Shown here: positions 11,331-22,511 of the stretch, in pieces
How positions within the stretch are numbered: the first letter of the stretch is position 1
Layout: the number at the start of each line of letters is the position of its first letter
Assembly (NCBI GenBank): GCA_963817895.1
Contig: CAWFQB010000004.1
Location: forward strand, 1-64,000
Reading direction: 5' to 3'
From: an uncultured Chthonomonadaceae bacterium
GTDB taxonomy: Bacteria; Armatimonadota; Chthonomonadetes; Chthonomonadales; Chthonomonadaceae
DNA length: 64,000 nt
Program-made: the position numbers and the translations under genes
Notes under the pieces: model-generated
What the model was told of the DNA's origin: nothing
Database searches by the model: none
The model's input: only the letters and a program-made list of their open reading frames with translations

Positions 11331-12382
11331 CTACTCCGGCAAATGTGTCGCTTCGGTTAGCAAACAAACGCTAGGATGTCCGCCGACCATACCGCGCCCA
11401 ATGATTTGCCCTTTGGCGTTGATATAGAGCAGCCCAATGTCGGCTCCTAACGGCAATGTGCTGGTCAGGTCAACAGGCTTGCCATTCTGCCACACCACAT
11501 TGCGCGCCTGCTTCATGTCCTCCGTTGCTACGGCTCCGACCACTTGCCCCTGGCTGTTCATGGCGCGCGACAGAGTGCGTGGAAAGCCGGGCAGACCCTC
11601 TAAGAGCGTACTCTTGCCGTTGTGCCAGATACGTCCGCCTTCACGAGACTGGATCAATACCTCTCCCCGGTCGTTGACGGTAAGCGCTTCCCCGCGCCCA
11701 AGTCCATCATCTCGCCTTTTTCCCACAGCCAAGCATGAGATTGCGGCATCTTCGCCCGCTCCTCCGGCGTCATTCCAGTCGGGCAGTAGCCGTACTTTGT
11801 CCCGCCGACAATCTGCCCCTTGTTGTTGATAGCAGTGGCTTGTGTGTTCGTGAGCGGGGCAGGCAAGGGCAGATGGCCCAGACTTTTCACCTTTCCCTTC
11901 TCCCACAAAAATGCCTGATTACTTGTCGTACCCACTACCTGACCTACATCGTTCATAGCAAGCGCGCTGACAAAATTAGGAACTACGCTCAGAGGAACCG
12001 GTTTGCCCTCCTTCCACTCTACGGCTTGCATTGCGTCTGCGCCTGGATGCTCGGCACTTTCGGCAGTTCCCACAATCTGGCCCTTGTTGTTGAGGGCTGC
12101 GCCGAAACTGCGTTCTCCGCCTAATGAAGGCAGCCATGTCACTTTGCCCGCCTGCCATACAAACCCTCGAAAAGCGCTGCCTCCGTCCGGTATCGCTTCC
12201 CCTACAATCTGCCCGCTGTCATTGAAGCCGTGCAGGTTAAATGCACCCGTACTGGGTGTGCCAAGATTGGTAAACGTGTAGTGTGGAGTGGCGGGAGGTG
12301 TTGGGGACGCTGACAGGGAGGACAGCACACAAAGAACCCCAATCGCAAAGAAGCCGGTGCGGAGGGCCATATAATTTTTCAT
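11331..12382 (-). CDS. Secreted HAF-repeat protein (frameshift ~11700)
   Basis: Signal peptide; NNKGQIVG repeats in two consecutive frames. Confidence 0.8.
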
Positions 12383-12489
12383 TCCAATCTCCTGACGATA
12401 TTGTGCCTACCCGACTTAGACGGAAGAACGGCACACGGCGTTACTGCATCAACTTCAAGCGCACTGCCAACCAATCTGATTATAATACT

Positions 12490-12526
12490 GACGGAGCAGG
12501 CGAAAAGTCTTTTCGCCTGCTCCGTC
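12490..12526. repeat. Palindrome, 18-bp arms, 1-nt centre
   Basis: GACGGAGCAGGCGAAAAG T CTTTTCGCCTGCTCCGTC; follows TATAAT at 12481. Confidence 0.9.
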
Positions 12527-12643
12527 GAAAGCGTTATTTCTGCTCCGCACGAATGGGCAAAATGCTTGTCTGGTTGAGCATTAGCCGCAAGAGAAACGAG
12601 AAAGAGAATATTGGAAGATAATAACCGATGTTGGGGAGGCTAT

Positions 12644-13447
12644 GTGAACGACGAAAAGAACCTGAGCGAGAGTTATGACGGCATTGCGGCTTTGTCGTGG
12701 GACTGGATGGGCGGAGATGAGGTACAGGCTGATTTCGACTTCTACCGGCGCAAGATCGAAGCACTGCCAGGTATGGCGCTGGATTTGACTTGCGGCACAG
12801 GCAGGCATCTGCTTCGCTATTTACAGGCCGGGCTGGATGTAGAGGGCGCAGACGCTTCGACAGTAATGCTGGCCCGTTGTCGGCAGAAAGCGCAGGAGCA
12901 AGGGCTTGCGCCCGTTCTCTATCAGCAGTCTATGCAAACACTTGAACTGCCCCGCAAGTACCGCACCATTTTCATCTCCGGTGGCTCCTTCCAACTTCTG
13001 GCAGACCGTTCAGTGGCAATGCAGACCCTCCAACGTATCTATGACCATCTTGAACCAGGAGGACAGTTGTTGATGGAAACGTTCATTCCAGGCGAGGCAT
13101 GGGACACTGCCTGGGATATAAAACTGGGGCAGCACGATATTGGGAACGTGAGCCTTTGGGGGCCAACCCTTCTCCCCGATGGCAGCAATGTCACCGTGGA
13201 GGTGTGGATGGACAGCATTGACCGATTTGAGCAGGTCAAGACCGATAAGCGCCGTTACAAACTCAGCCGCGACGGGAAGATCGTGCAGACGGAACTACAT
13301 AGTCTTCATCTACGCTGGTACTACAAGCACGAACTGACGCTGATGTTGGAGCAAACGAGTTTTCACGACATCTTTGTTCATGGCAACTACACCGATGCTG
13401 CGGCAACGGCACAGAGTTCCGAAACCGTATATAGCGCGCGAAAATAA
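12644..13447 (+). CDS. Class I SAM-dependent methyltransferase
   Basis: ALDLTCGTGR, HLEPGG. Confidence 0.88.
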   Translation: MNDEKNLSESYDGIAALSWDWMGGDEVQADFDFYRRKIEALPGMALDLTCGTGRHLLRYLQAGLDVEGADASTVMLARCRQKAQEQGLAPVLYQQSMQTLELPRKYRTIFISGGSFQLLADRSVAMQTLQRIYDHLEPGGQLLMETFIPGEAWDTAWDIKLGQHDIGNVSLWGPTLLPDGSNVTVEVWMDSIDRFEQVKTDKRRYKLSRDGKIVQTELHSLHLRWYYKHELTLMLEQTSFHDIFVHGNYTDAAATAQSSETVYSARK

Positions 13448-13474
13448 CGGATTGCACGGTTAGGTATCCTCCCA

Positions 13475-14035
13475 ATGCTCCCATCACAACATCCGTCCTT
13501 TCGACGCATCCACATTATCGGCATGGCAGGTAGCGGCAAGACCACGCTGGCCCGACAAGTTGCCGCTCGCCTGAATGCGCCCTGCTACGAACTGGATGTG
13601 ATCGGCTATGAAAATGGTTCAGGCGCGAAACGCCTACAGGAACAACGTCAAGCCGACATACAGAGCATTATCGTGCAGTCATCTTGGATTGTAGAAGGTG
13701 CTTTTCTGTGGTGGATTGACGATCTACTCGCCCATGCCGATGTGATCGTGTGGCTCGATCTACATTGGCGGCTGTGCTGGTGGCGTATCGTTGTTCGTCA
13801 TATCAAGGCAGATTTAGCCCACAACAACCGACATCCCGGCTTTCGCAATATGCTTCGGTTTGCAGCCGGAGTGCGGCTCTACTATACCAATCCTGTTCCT
13901 ACCACATCTTCTGCTCCTGACGATGATGGAGCCAATCGCGCCGCCGTTGTTCAAGTGCTTGCGGCTTATGAGGATAAGGTTGTACATTGTCGCCGTCCTG
14001 CCGATGTCAGAGCGTTCTTGAAGCAAATCAAGTAA
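13475..14035 (+). CDS. Adenylate kinase/FlaR-like P-loop protein
   Basis: GMAGSGKTT, WIVEG, ADVIVWLD. Confidence 0.85.
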   Translation: MLPSQHPSFRRIHIIGMAGSGKTTLARQVAARLNAPCYELDVIGYENGSGAKRLQEQRQADIQSIIVQSSWIVEGAFLWWIDDLLAHADVIVWLDLHWRLCWWRIVVRHIKADLAHNNRHPGFRNMLRFAAGVRLYYTNPVPTTSSAPDDDGANRAAVVQVLAAYEDKVVHCRRPADVRAFLKQIK

Positions 14036-14070
14036 GGACGGCACATATCAATTAACCTCTCTGTAAACCT

Positions 14071-14107
14071 GTTGCAGCGGGCGAAAAGTCTTTTCGCCCG
14101 CTGCAAC
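14071..14107. terminator. Palindrome between convergent genes
   Basis: GTTGCAGCGGGCGAAAAG T CTTTTCGCCCGCTGCAAC; same core as 12490. Confidence 0.65.
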
Positions 14108-14118
14108 GCAAGGAAGGT

Positions 14119-14892
14119 TTACGCTCCGCCGCGTGAATTGATGATTTGTCCTGTGATCCAGCAAGCGTCGTCCGTCACCAGCCAGGAAATCAGTCGAGCC
14201 GCATCTTCGGGTGTTCCCCATCTTCCTTGTGGATGACTGGCGCGCACGGTTTCATAGACTTCTGGCGTGGCCCATCCCGTGTCGGTTGCACCGGGATCAA
14301 TGGTGTTGACGGTGATCTGGCGCGGCGCAAGATGGGCGGCAAGGCTTGTCGTGAGTTGGTGCAACGCACCCTTTGAGGCAATGTAAGCCAGTTCGCCCGG
14401 CATAGGATGAAGATGTTGTCCTGACGTAAACAAAACGACGCGCCCACCCGGTTTTGTGTCCTCGTGCTGCACCGCGAACTCTTTGACGAGCAGGAGAGTG
14501 GCGCGCACATTCACAAACAAATGCTCGTCAATGTGCTCTGCTGTAAGTTCTTCCAGCGTTCCTGAAGTTGAGTAGGCGTGATTGGCAACGAGAATGTCTA
14601 TGTGACCGAAGGCTCGGACTGCGGCGGCAACCACCAGAGACGGCGAATGGGGATCAACGAAATCCGCCTGCATGAACTCAATGCGCGTGCCATGTTGCTG
14701 CAACTCCTCCTGCAAGGCTTCCAAGCCGCCGCGATCCGCGCCCCAGGGTTGCTCGGCATCATAAGGTGTGAACGCATGGCAGAACACGTCTGCTCCCATC
14801 GCCGCCAGCCTGTTCGCCACTGCAAAGCCGATGCCGTTGTGTCGGCTCACCCCCGTTACCAATGCCGCTCGTCCTGTTAAAACTTTCTCCAT
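14119..14892 (-). CDS. SDR oxidoreductase
   Basis: ALVTGVSR..GIG, YIASKG, NTIDPG. Confidence 0.9.
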   Translation of the reverse strand: MEKVLTGRAALVTGVSRHNGIGFAVANRLAAMGADVFCHAFTPYDAEQPWGADRGGLEALQEELQQHGTRIEFMQADFVDPHSPSLVVAAAVRAFGHIDILVANHAYSTSGTLEELTAEHIDEHLFVNVRATLLLVKEFAVQHEDTKPGGRVVLFTSGQHLHPMPGELAYIASKGALHQLTTSLAAHLAPRQITVNTIDPGATDTGWATPEVYETVRASHPQGRWGTPEDAARLISWLVTDDACWITGQIINSRGGA

Positions 14893-15094
14893 GCTCTGCC
14901 TTGAAATTTCTCTACTTGCATAAGCGCCAATGAATGCGCCTTTAACTTCCCCGTCTCTGGCATTTTGAAGTATACTTGGTGCAAGTGCTCCCCATACGGA
15001 GGCCGTAACCAATCGCCCCGTCACTATCGGTTGAGGCCAACGTTGTCACTATGAGTTGGGGGTAGTGTTGGCCTCCTGCATACATCAGTGTCTT

Positions 15095-16174
15095 TTATCT
15101 GTTCCTCACCCGTGTGGTGTGCTGCGACAGGCGGCTGATGAGTTGTGCTGTCCATTCCGGGTTGCCGTCCTTCCAGCCCATTATCTCCGCCCATTGCCAT
15201 TCGTGGTGCATCTCTTTGACAACGGCAAGGCACATCGCCAGATCAAAAGCGCGTTCTCGTTCTGCCCGTGTTCCCCAAGACACGGCTTCCAGATAGGCGT
15301 CCCGAACGACTGCCTGGCTTGGCGTTCCGGCGATATAGCCCCACGGCCCCGGCCCGCCGTTTGTATCCAGATGCCATGCGCCTACGAGCAGGCGCTCCAC
15401 AGATAAAAACGGATGGCTTAACACCGCATCATCCCAATCGTAGATCAGCACACTCCCATTTGGCTGTACAACAGCATTGCCGGTGTGTAGGTCGCCATGA
15501 ACGATTGTCACGGGCCACGGCTCTGACGCCAGTTCTCGACTCCATTCTTCTACCTGCGTCTGCATTGGTTCGAGACGCGCCAATACTTCTGTGGCAGCGA
15601 ACGGCATCCATTGTGAAAGCGTACCGTCGTCTGCGGCCCACACCGTCTCATATCGGACACGTATGTTGGCAAGCATTTCCATAAACAAGGTTGATATTTG
15701 CTCGACAGGTAAACAGGGTAAATCGGCTTTTTCTGATTTCACCGCAATGGCAACGGTGGCTTGAATTTGCGCCAGCGTCCGGGCTGTTTCAATAAGTGCA
15801 TCCAACGAGCGCGTCTTTTCCACAATCTCGCCTTCAAACGCGCGATACAGCAGATACGAGCCACCTTCCACTTCTTGCCAGGCCAGCACTTCGGGCACTA
15901 CGCTCCTACAATGTCTCGAAAGGAAGGCGTGAACACGGGCCGAAGATGCCAGCAGAAGAAAGTAGTTGGCGCGAAACACAACATCCAGCAGAGGTCGGGC
16001 TTGTTGGCCCGTGACCTGAAAACGCGCTGTGACGCGCACATCCGGGGGCGAGTCATAGGCGGCATAAATCGCTGTCGGCCCGACTACTGCTGGATGTCCC
16101 GGCAGAACCGAAGTAATCCACTCGCGCGCTTTATCGGCATCAGGCAGATGGCTGGGCCATTGCTGTTCGTTCAT
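15095..16174 (-). CDS. APH-like phosphotransferase
   Basis: HGDLHTGN..IYDWD. Confidence 0.8.
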   Translation of the reverse strand: MNEQQWPSHLPDADKAREWITSVLPGHPAVVGPTAIYAAYDSPPDVRVTARFQVTGQQARPLLDVVFRANYFLLLASSARVHAFLSRHCRSVVPEVLAWQEVEGGSYLLYRAFEGEIVEKTRSLDALIETARTLAQIQATVAIAVKSEKADLPCLPVEQISTLFMEMLANIRVRYETVWAADDGTLSQWMPFAATEVLARLEPMQTQVEEWSRELASEPWPVTIVHGDLHTGNAVVQPNGSVLIYDWDDAVLSHPFLSVERLLVGAWHLDTNGGPGPWGYIAGTPSQAVVRDAYLEAVSWGTRAERERAFDLAMCLAVVKEMHHEWQWAEIMGWKDGNPEWTAQLISRLSQHTTRVRNR

Positions 16175-17232
16175 GGCGCGCTATGCTCTCCTGATCTGTT
16201 TGCATCTTGTGGCTTGCGGTAGCGGGGAAACGCTTTACGAACGTGAAAGCCCACACTGCCATACAGGTTCTTGGCTTGAGTAGGGAACTCGGAAACCGTA
16301 TGCAGGCGAACCGTGCTGACGCCACGTTCTTGCAAGGCGCGTAATCCGTAGGCCAGCAAACCCCGCGCCAGGCCGCGCCGTCGCCATTGTGGACGTACAC
16401 TCACTTCATAGACTTCTCCACGCCCACGCTCGATCTTGCACAAAACCTGTCCGGCAACTTCCTCACCCTCCCAGGCCACCTGCCACAACGCCGGATCATG
16501 CCCCGCTACCTCGAAGTAAGCGCGGAAACGTTCCTCTGTGGGGTCTTCTGCGTAGCGTCCTTTCGCATACGACGCCTGAATGCTGTTCCAAACGGCACGG
16601 TAGTGTTGAGAGGTGAGGGGACGCAGTTCCAAGCCTGCGGGTAAGGTCGGCTCTGGTACACGCGAGAAATCGGTGAGTTCCATATCCAGAACCGTATACG
16701 CTGCGTAGTAGCCGTTTTCGCGTAACAAGGTGGTGGCTTCAACTTCGGTGTTGGTGGCATTGGAGGCGTATTCCCAGTGACCATTCGTGGGATGCTCTGA
16801 GGCCAGTTCTTGGATGCGCGTATCGGCCCAGTGCAGCATGGCGGTTCCGATGCCCTTGCCGCGCCAGGACGGGATCACCCAGCCCATCGTCAGATACACC
16901 CACATGCCATCCGTTTCTGTCCACCATTCAATCCGGCTGTATCCGACAACTTCCTCGTTGACCTGTGCGATAAGCCAGTTGGCAGCGTATCCTTGCTGAA
17001 CGGCTCGTGAAATCCCGCGCGCAATGTTTTCTTGCGTCGGCGTATGTTCTATCGAGGACAGCCGATCTGTCTGGTCATGGTCAGCACTCTGTTCATGGAC
17101 GTTGAACAACGCCTCGGCAACCTGCGCATCAGAAACATGACGGAAGTACAAACCCGCGATAGCAGGAGCCTTTTCAACAAAAGCAACTTCTATTTCACTC
17201 GGCATGAGTTTCCCTTTGACAATCGCGTTCAT
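16171..17232 (-). CDS. Tandem GNAT acetyltransferase
   Basis: WRGKGIGTA and WRRRGLAR motifs. Confidence 0.85.
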   Translation of the reverse strand: MNAIVKGKLMPSEIEVAFVEKAPAIAGLYFRHVSDAQVAEALFNVHEQSADHDQTDRLSSIEHTPTQENIARGISRAVQQGYAANWLIAQVNEEVVGYSRIEWWTETDGMWVYLTMGWVIPSWRGKGIGTAMLHWADTRIQELASEHPTNGHWEYASNATNTEVEATTLLRENGYYAAYTVLDMELTDFSRVPEPTLPAGLELRPLTSQHYRAVWNSIQASYAKGRYAEDPTEERFRAYFEVAGHDPALWQVAWEGEEVAGQVLCKIERGRGEVYEVSVRPQWRRRGLARGLLAYGLRALQERGVSTVRLHTVSEFPTQAKNLYGSVGFHVRKAFPRYRKPQDANRSGEHSAP

Positions 17233-17233
17233 T

Positions 17234-18232
17234 TCAACACCACGCTGCCCAAGCGTCTATGTTGGCGGCGAGGGCGCGTAGAAGGGACAAAGTTTGTCGT
17301 ACCTCACGTATACCCGCTTCCCGTCCATCCAAATCTGCACCTGAACCCGGCAGTGAGCGTTTCATGTTGGGTTCCAGCCAGTGCAGCCAGTTGCCGATAC
17401 AACCTTGCAAAGCAGCGCGTCCCATATCGTGAGGCAGATCAGAATTGCGCCGGTATCCTTCCAGCAGTGCCATAAAGATGGTTTGTTCTGGCGGCCCGAC
17501 CATTTGCCCACTCCAACTCAATGCGGCTCCAATGACTTCCAGTGCCGGATTGACTAAGCCCACCGACTCCCAATCTATCAACCAGGGAGTATGATCATCT
17601 TGCCACAACACGTTCTTCTGATCGAGGTCACCATGACTGACTACCCAGCGTCCTTCGACATCATCGTACCCTTGCCGCGCGAGACGGTTCCAAGTATACA
17701 AGTCAGCAAGTAGGGATTCAGGTTCCTCGGCCCACAGCATCTTTGCCGCCTCTGCTCGCCGAATTAGCGACTCCCAATGAGCGTCAGGGTAGGTGTGAAA
17801 CTCCGGTATGGGCAAACTTGAAACCTGCAAGTCGAGCGTGTGCATTCGGCCCAGTACGGTTCCGATCTGCTGTGCCTGATCTATGGTGACAGGCTTGGGC
17901 GAAAGCATTTCACCATCCATCCACGGAAAGACGATTACTGTTGCCTCGTCCACATCCTGAACCATGTCCTGCTCGACGGCAAGGGCAGTTACAGCAGGCA
18001 AGCCCTCACTCGCAAAGATGGTGGCAATATGTTCGGAGCGGCGGAATTCGTCGCGGATACCCGGCTTTTGCATAATGCCTGCATCCAGCACCTTCACAGC
18101 AAAACAGCCTTTGTTCGTTTCAAGCCGATACATCCGATGCAGTAGGCCGCCTGTTACCAATTGCGGAGACACTATAAGCGTTCCCAACCTATAACGATGG
18201 CACACGTCTGCGGCAAAAATATCAGACATCAT
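17234..18232 (-). CDS. APH-like phosphotransferase
   Basis: GGLLHRMY, HGDLDQKNVLW..IDWE. Confidence 0.85.
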   Translation of the reverse strand: MMSDIFAADVCHRYRLGTLIVSPQLVTGGLLHRMYRLETNKGCFAVKVLDAGIMQKPGIRDEFRRSEHIATIFASEGLPAVTALAVEQDMVQDVDEATVIVFPWMDGEMLSPKPVTIDQAQQIGTVLGRMHTLDLQVSSLPIPEFHTYPDAHWESLIRRAEAAKMLWAEEPESLLADLYTWNRLARQGYDDVEGRWVVSHGDLDQKNVLWQDDHTPWLIDWESVGLVNPALEVIGAALSWSGQMVGPPEQTIFMALLEGYRRNSDLPHDMGRAALQGCIGNWLHWLEPNMKRSLPGSGADLDGREAGIREVRQTLSLLRALAANIDAWAAWC

Positions 18233-19146
18233 TGGTTCTGCTCCACCACGCACATCCATTTTTCCACGGCATCCAGCATCCGCGCGTTCCATTCCGGCGT
18301 TGCTGCTTCGGAGAAGCGGCGCATAAAATCCAGCGCCATTCCCGCCGAATACAGTGCCAACACCTGTTCCTGCTCCGGCGTTAGTGTCAATAGGCGCTTG
18401 AGTTCTTCGACATAAAACAAACCCAGCGTTCCTACATCGCTTACCACTCCTGTTGCAGTCAGCGCCAGCCAGTACAGCGGGTCGCCATAACAAACGCAAT
18501 CAAAATCCACAAGCCCCTGAAGTGTACCGTTTTGCATGATCACGTTTTTCACGGTAATATCGTCCAGAAAGCATATTGGTGGGACGGCGCGAAAGTAGGC
18601 TTCAAAGCATTGTATCTGGCGCTGAACACGGGTTTGCAACGAGTTTACAACCTCATTCGCTGTTCTTTCTGTTTCATTTTTGTCGCTCGGACGGATCAGT
18701 TCCCACCACGAGGCATACGGCCCTGCTTCTCCAATGCCGACATAGCCATATCCTTTTCCTTGTGGCAGGCTCATCACGCGATGCTGGAAGCCGACGATCT
18801 GTTCGGCAAGGCGCGTCATCTGTTCTGGCGTCATTGAGCCAAGTTCGTAGCGCAGGTCGCGTCCGGGTATCTTGTTCAACAACATCCAGGCGAATGGATA
18901 GCGGGATTGAGTGAGATCGGAGATGATCACCTTCGGCACAGGTAGTTCTAATTCGGCAAGGACGGCAAGATTGCTTTCTGTCGTGGCAAACACCTGCGGA
19001 TTGGTGTTGGCGCGGAGAATGACATTACGAGTTGGTAAGGTCACATCGAAGGTGACGCTGTTATGCCCGAATGTCTGATGAGTGGCAGAAAGCGGCTGTA
19101 CGCCAAGCACTTCCGCTACAAGGTTTATAACTTGCGCTGCGTTCAC
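18229..19146 (-). CDS. APH-like phosphotransferase
   Basis: LDDITVKNV..GLVDFD..GDP. Confidence 0.8.
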   Translation of the reverse strand: MNAAQVINLVAEVLGVQPLSATHQTFGHNSVTFDVTLPTRNVILRANTNPQVFATTESNLAVLAELELPVPKVIISDLTQSRYPFAWMLLNKIPGRDLRYELGSMTPEQMTRLAEQIVGFQHRVMSLPQGKGYGYVGIGEAGPYASWWELIRPSDKNETERTANEVVNSLQTRVQRQIQCFEAYFRAVPPICFLDDITVKNVIMQNGTLQGLVDFDCVCYGDPLYWLALTATGVVSDVGTLGLFYVEELKRLLTLTPEQEQVLALYSAGMALDFMRRFSEAATPEWNARMLDAVEKWMCVVEQNQ

Positions 19147-19757
19147 GGCTCATCTCTTGAAGCCGAGCGTTGCGCCTGCCACTCATGGACAAGGATGGCA
19201 TAGTGAAGACTGTCCCACCATCTGCTCTTGAAGAAATATTTTTCTCGGAAATGCCCTTCACGCTTCATCCCTATCCTTTCCAGTACACGCGCTGATCCGA
19301 CATTCTCCGCCACGCATCCGGCCCAGATACGGTGTAGATTGTGGTCTTCAAAGCCCAGACGCAACATCTCGCGGGCGGCTTCTGTTGCGTAGCCATTGCC
19401 CCAGTAGCGGCTGTCGAGTTCATACCCGATATTGCCTTCTCTCAGGGAAGCATCGTTCACGCGCAGTCCGCAGTTGCCGATCAGCCGCCCATCTTCGGGA
19501 AGCGCAATGACGAAATCAAACATCATGCGCGGCTGTTCCTGTTGCTGCGACACAAACCTGCCAACGAATTCACGCGCATCCTTTTCAGAAGGTTGTTCCC
19601 AGGCGTGGTAGCGCGTGTACAGAGGATCAGACTGGTACGCCTGAACTGCCTTCCAATCGTCTTCCACAAACTCACGCAAGATCAGACGGGCTGTTGTCAA
19701 TCGCATTGGCTCTCCACTTTCTTCCTGCTTTGCCTTATACCCGGCTGCTATGTTCAT
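19143..19757 (-). CDS. RimJ/RimL-type GNAT
   Basis: TARLILREF, WGNGYATEAA, SARVLERIGM. Confidence 0.9.
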   Translation of the reverse strand: MNIAAGYKAKQEESGEPMRLTTARLILREFVEDDWKAVQAYQSDPLYTRYHAWEQPSEKDAREFVGRFVSQQQEQPRMMFDFVIALPEDGRLIGNCGLRVNDASLREGNIGYELDSRYWGNGYATEAAREMLRLGFEDHNLHRIWAGCVAENVGSARVLERIGMKREGHFREKYFFKSRWWDSLHYAILVHEWQAQRSASRDEP

Positions 19758-19806
19758 GCCTCTTTGTCGTTCACATGTAGAAAGATGCTAAAGTGGCTTA
19801 CGGAGG

Positions 19807-19844
19807 TGCAGGCTCAGGCAAAAGAGATTTTGCCTGAGCCTGCA
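19807..19844. terminator. Palindrome, 17-bp arms
   Basis: TGCAGGCTCAGGCAAAA GAGA TTTTGCCTGAGCCTGCA downstream of AKR gene. Confidence 0.6.
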
Positions 19845-19881
19845 AACAAATGATAAGTGTGGCCTTGTGGCCTGTTTACTG

Positions 19882-20880
19882 TTAAGGCCGTTTCGGAACG
19901 AGGCTGTCAATGCGTTTGAGTTCTTCCTCCGTGAAAGTAACGTTGCTCAATGCAGCGACATTTTCTTCGATCTGCTGTACACTCGACGCACCGATGAGCG
20001 CGCTGGTGATAGTGGGAAGCCGCAGAGTCCATGCCAGCGCCATCTGTGCCAGCGTTTGCCCTCGCTCTTTCGCCAGGCTGTTCAATCCATTTAGCGACGC
20101 ACGTTTCTCCGGGTTGAGGTTCTTCTCCACCCACTCCGCGCCCCATTTCTGCGCAGCCCGGCTTTCGGCAGGGATGTCGCCACCGAGGTACTTATCCGTG
20201 AGCAATCCTGACGCCAGCGGGCAGAAGGGGATTACGCCCGTTCCTGCCCGCTGCGTCTGGGGCAGTAAATCCCACTCGATACCGCGTCCGAGCATGTTGT
20301 AGTAGGGCTGATGGATAGTGATAGGAGCCAGTCCCATGCGTTCACCAATACGAACCGCATCGGCAAATTGCGCGCCGCTGTAACTGCTCACGCCGATGTA
20401 AAGCGCTTTCCCCTGCTTCACCAGTTGATCGAGGGCCGTCATTGTTTCTTCCAGCGGCGTATCGGGGTCGGGACGATGTGAGTAGAAAATGTCGAAATAG
20501 TCCACCCCCATACGCTTGAGCGACTGGTCACAACTGGCGATGATGTATTTGCGGCTGCCCTACTCTCCATAGGGGCCGGGCCACATGCGATACCCGGCTT
20601 TGCTGGAAATAATTAGTTCGTCACGGGGCATGTCGTTGATGATTTTCCCGCACACGATTTCGGCATTGCCCGGAGGCGTGCCATAATTGTTCGCTAGGTC
20701 AAAATGTGTGATACCCAAATCGAAAGCCCTATGAAGGCACTCCTTTGCCACATCCGCATCCCGATACCCACCGAACGTCTCCCACGCGCCGAGAGAAATG
20801 GCGGGCAGCATTAGCCCACTTCTGCCGCACCGCCGATATTGCATCGTGTCGTACCTATTCTCCGCCCATTGCTCTGTCAT
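19882..20880 (-). CDS. Aldo/keto reductase, YghZ-like (frameshift ~20560)
   Basis: GITHFDLANNYG, IISSKAGY, DIFYSHRPD, KALYIGVS. Confidence 0.88.
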
Positions 20881-21017
20881 AGGTCTGTATCCTTCCCAGT
20901 GTGATTGATGGTATCATCCGCAGCGCTGTGCGGAGGGTTTGTTTGCTGTCATGGCAATGGTTGCTGACGAGCGCAATTGTTCTCGAATGTCGGCGCAATA
21001 GGGCGCTACCCTATTGA

Positions 21018-21392
21018 TCATGCTTTTGGAGCGTCCAGCGCGTGCGCGTACAGGGTTTCCGGGGAGATATGCTGCAAGGCTTTCTGGTGTATGGCACGCA
21101 GGATCAAAGGCGGCGCGATCCCCGCCTCTTTTGCTTCCAGCCATTTATCCACGCACAGACACCAGCGGTCGCCAGGTTTGAGGCCGGGGAAACCATAGTC
21201 GGGCATTGGCGTGGAAAGATCGTTGCCCTGCGCTTTGGTAAACTCCAAAAACGCCTGTGTCATCTGCGCACAGACAAGATGCAAGCCACCATCACTGGCG
21301 TCTGTATTACAACAGCCATCGCGCTGAAATCCCGTTAGCGGCTGCATGGAACACGGTTCAAGGGGTTCTCCAAGCACATTCTTCGCATTCAT
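21018..21392 (-). CDS. DUF2237 family protein
   Basis: NVLGEPLEPC..TGF.RDG.C, GNDLSTP, GDRWCLC. Confidence 0.88.
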   Translation of the reverse strand: MNAKNVLGEPLEPCSMQPLTGFQRDGCCNTDASDGGLHLVCAQMTQAFLEFTKAQGNDLSTPMPDYGFPGLKPGDRWCLCVDKWLEAKEAGIAPPLILRAIHQKALQHISPETLYAHALDAPKA

Positions 21393-21566
21393 GGAAAAAA
21401 TCCTGTTCTTTGTGCGTTGTCCCTGCGGAGTGAACGCTGTAAATATCTGCTGAGAAACACGACTATTCTAATGCCGCAGTTCCCTACACTTTGAGACGGC
21501 CCCAAGCACCACTCCAAAACGACCATGCCAGCCGGGACTTGTTTATGTCTTCTCCGACAGAAAATT

Positions 21567-22091
21567 TTACAAAGCGGCAATGGTCTTGGCCCATTCCCAT
21601 AAGGCTCCTGACGAGTGGTGGGCAACATACGCCTTGAACAGATCAATGCCTTCCTGACGCAGCACGCCGCCTGTGATCCTGGGAATGAGGTAATTGGGAA
21701 AATCTTCTTCCTTGCGTTGCCATTGCTGCACGAGAGCGACGGCTCCATCACTCGGACATTCATGCCCATAGTAGATTTCGCCCAGGAAGAACGACATCGC
21801 CGCTCCCAGGCACATCAGGCAGGGTTCACCCGTGACATACAGCACTGCGTTTCTACGCTTGCCTGGAAAAGGCTTGATCTTGTCAGCGGCTTCGAGGGCG
21901 AGCAGATCAGCATGAACCAGCAGACGCCCTTCCGCTTTCTCCATTGTATGCGCGGCGGCAATGATCTCGTTGTTCAGCACGACAACCGCGCTAATAGGTA
22001 ACTCGCCTTGCTCCAATCCTAATCGCGCCATCTTCAAGGCTTCGCGCATAAACCGCTCGTGAATATCTACTACGTTCAAACCTCCACCCAA
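21567..22091 (-). CDS. Nucleoside deaminase family protein
   Basis: FMREAL, HAD, EPCLMC. Confidence 0.8.
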   Translation of the reverse strand: MGGGLNVVDIHERFMREALKMARLGLEQGELPISAVVVLNNEIIAAAHTMEKAEGRLLVHADLLALEAADKIKPFPGKRRNAVLYVTGEPCLMCLGAAMSFFLGEIYYGHECPSDGAVALVQQWQRKEEDFPNYLIPRITGGVLRQEGIDLFKAYVAHHSSGALWEWAKTIAAL

Positions 22092-22109
22092 CCAGCCTGT
22101 TTATCTTTG

Positions 22110-22511
22110 TCACTCCACTTGAATACCATTTTGCTCCAAGACTTGCTCGATCAACCGCTGCCATGTCGGGTTCGGCTCCCATATTCGATGTAAGTCTTGA
22201 ACAGCCACATCGGGCGCGACGTTCTGCCTCACAACGCGATACAGGTACATGAAAGCCGACACGCGCATGTTCATAGCGCAATGGACGAACACGCGCTTAG
22301 ATTTCGCTGGACTGCATTGTGTCAAAGAACTGCTGTACATTCTCTACGGTTGGCGCGTCCCAGATCACGGGAATGGAGATATACGTCATTCCACTGTTTT
22401 CCACCAAAGTGCTTTCATTCGGCAGAGTGTCGGCGTACTTGCACGACGTTTCCGATTACGTCAATGCGAGCCTTCCCTGTGGTTTTCGCGCTCTTGTATT
22501 TGCGCCGTCAT
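22110..22511 (-). CDS. Tyrosine-phosphatase-like (DUF442-type) protein, frameshifted
   Basis: VFVHCAMNMRVSAF C-x5-R loop; upstream YISIPV.W in another frame. Confidence 0.6.
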
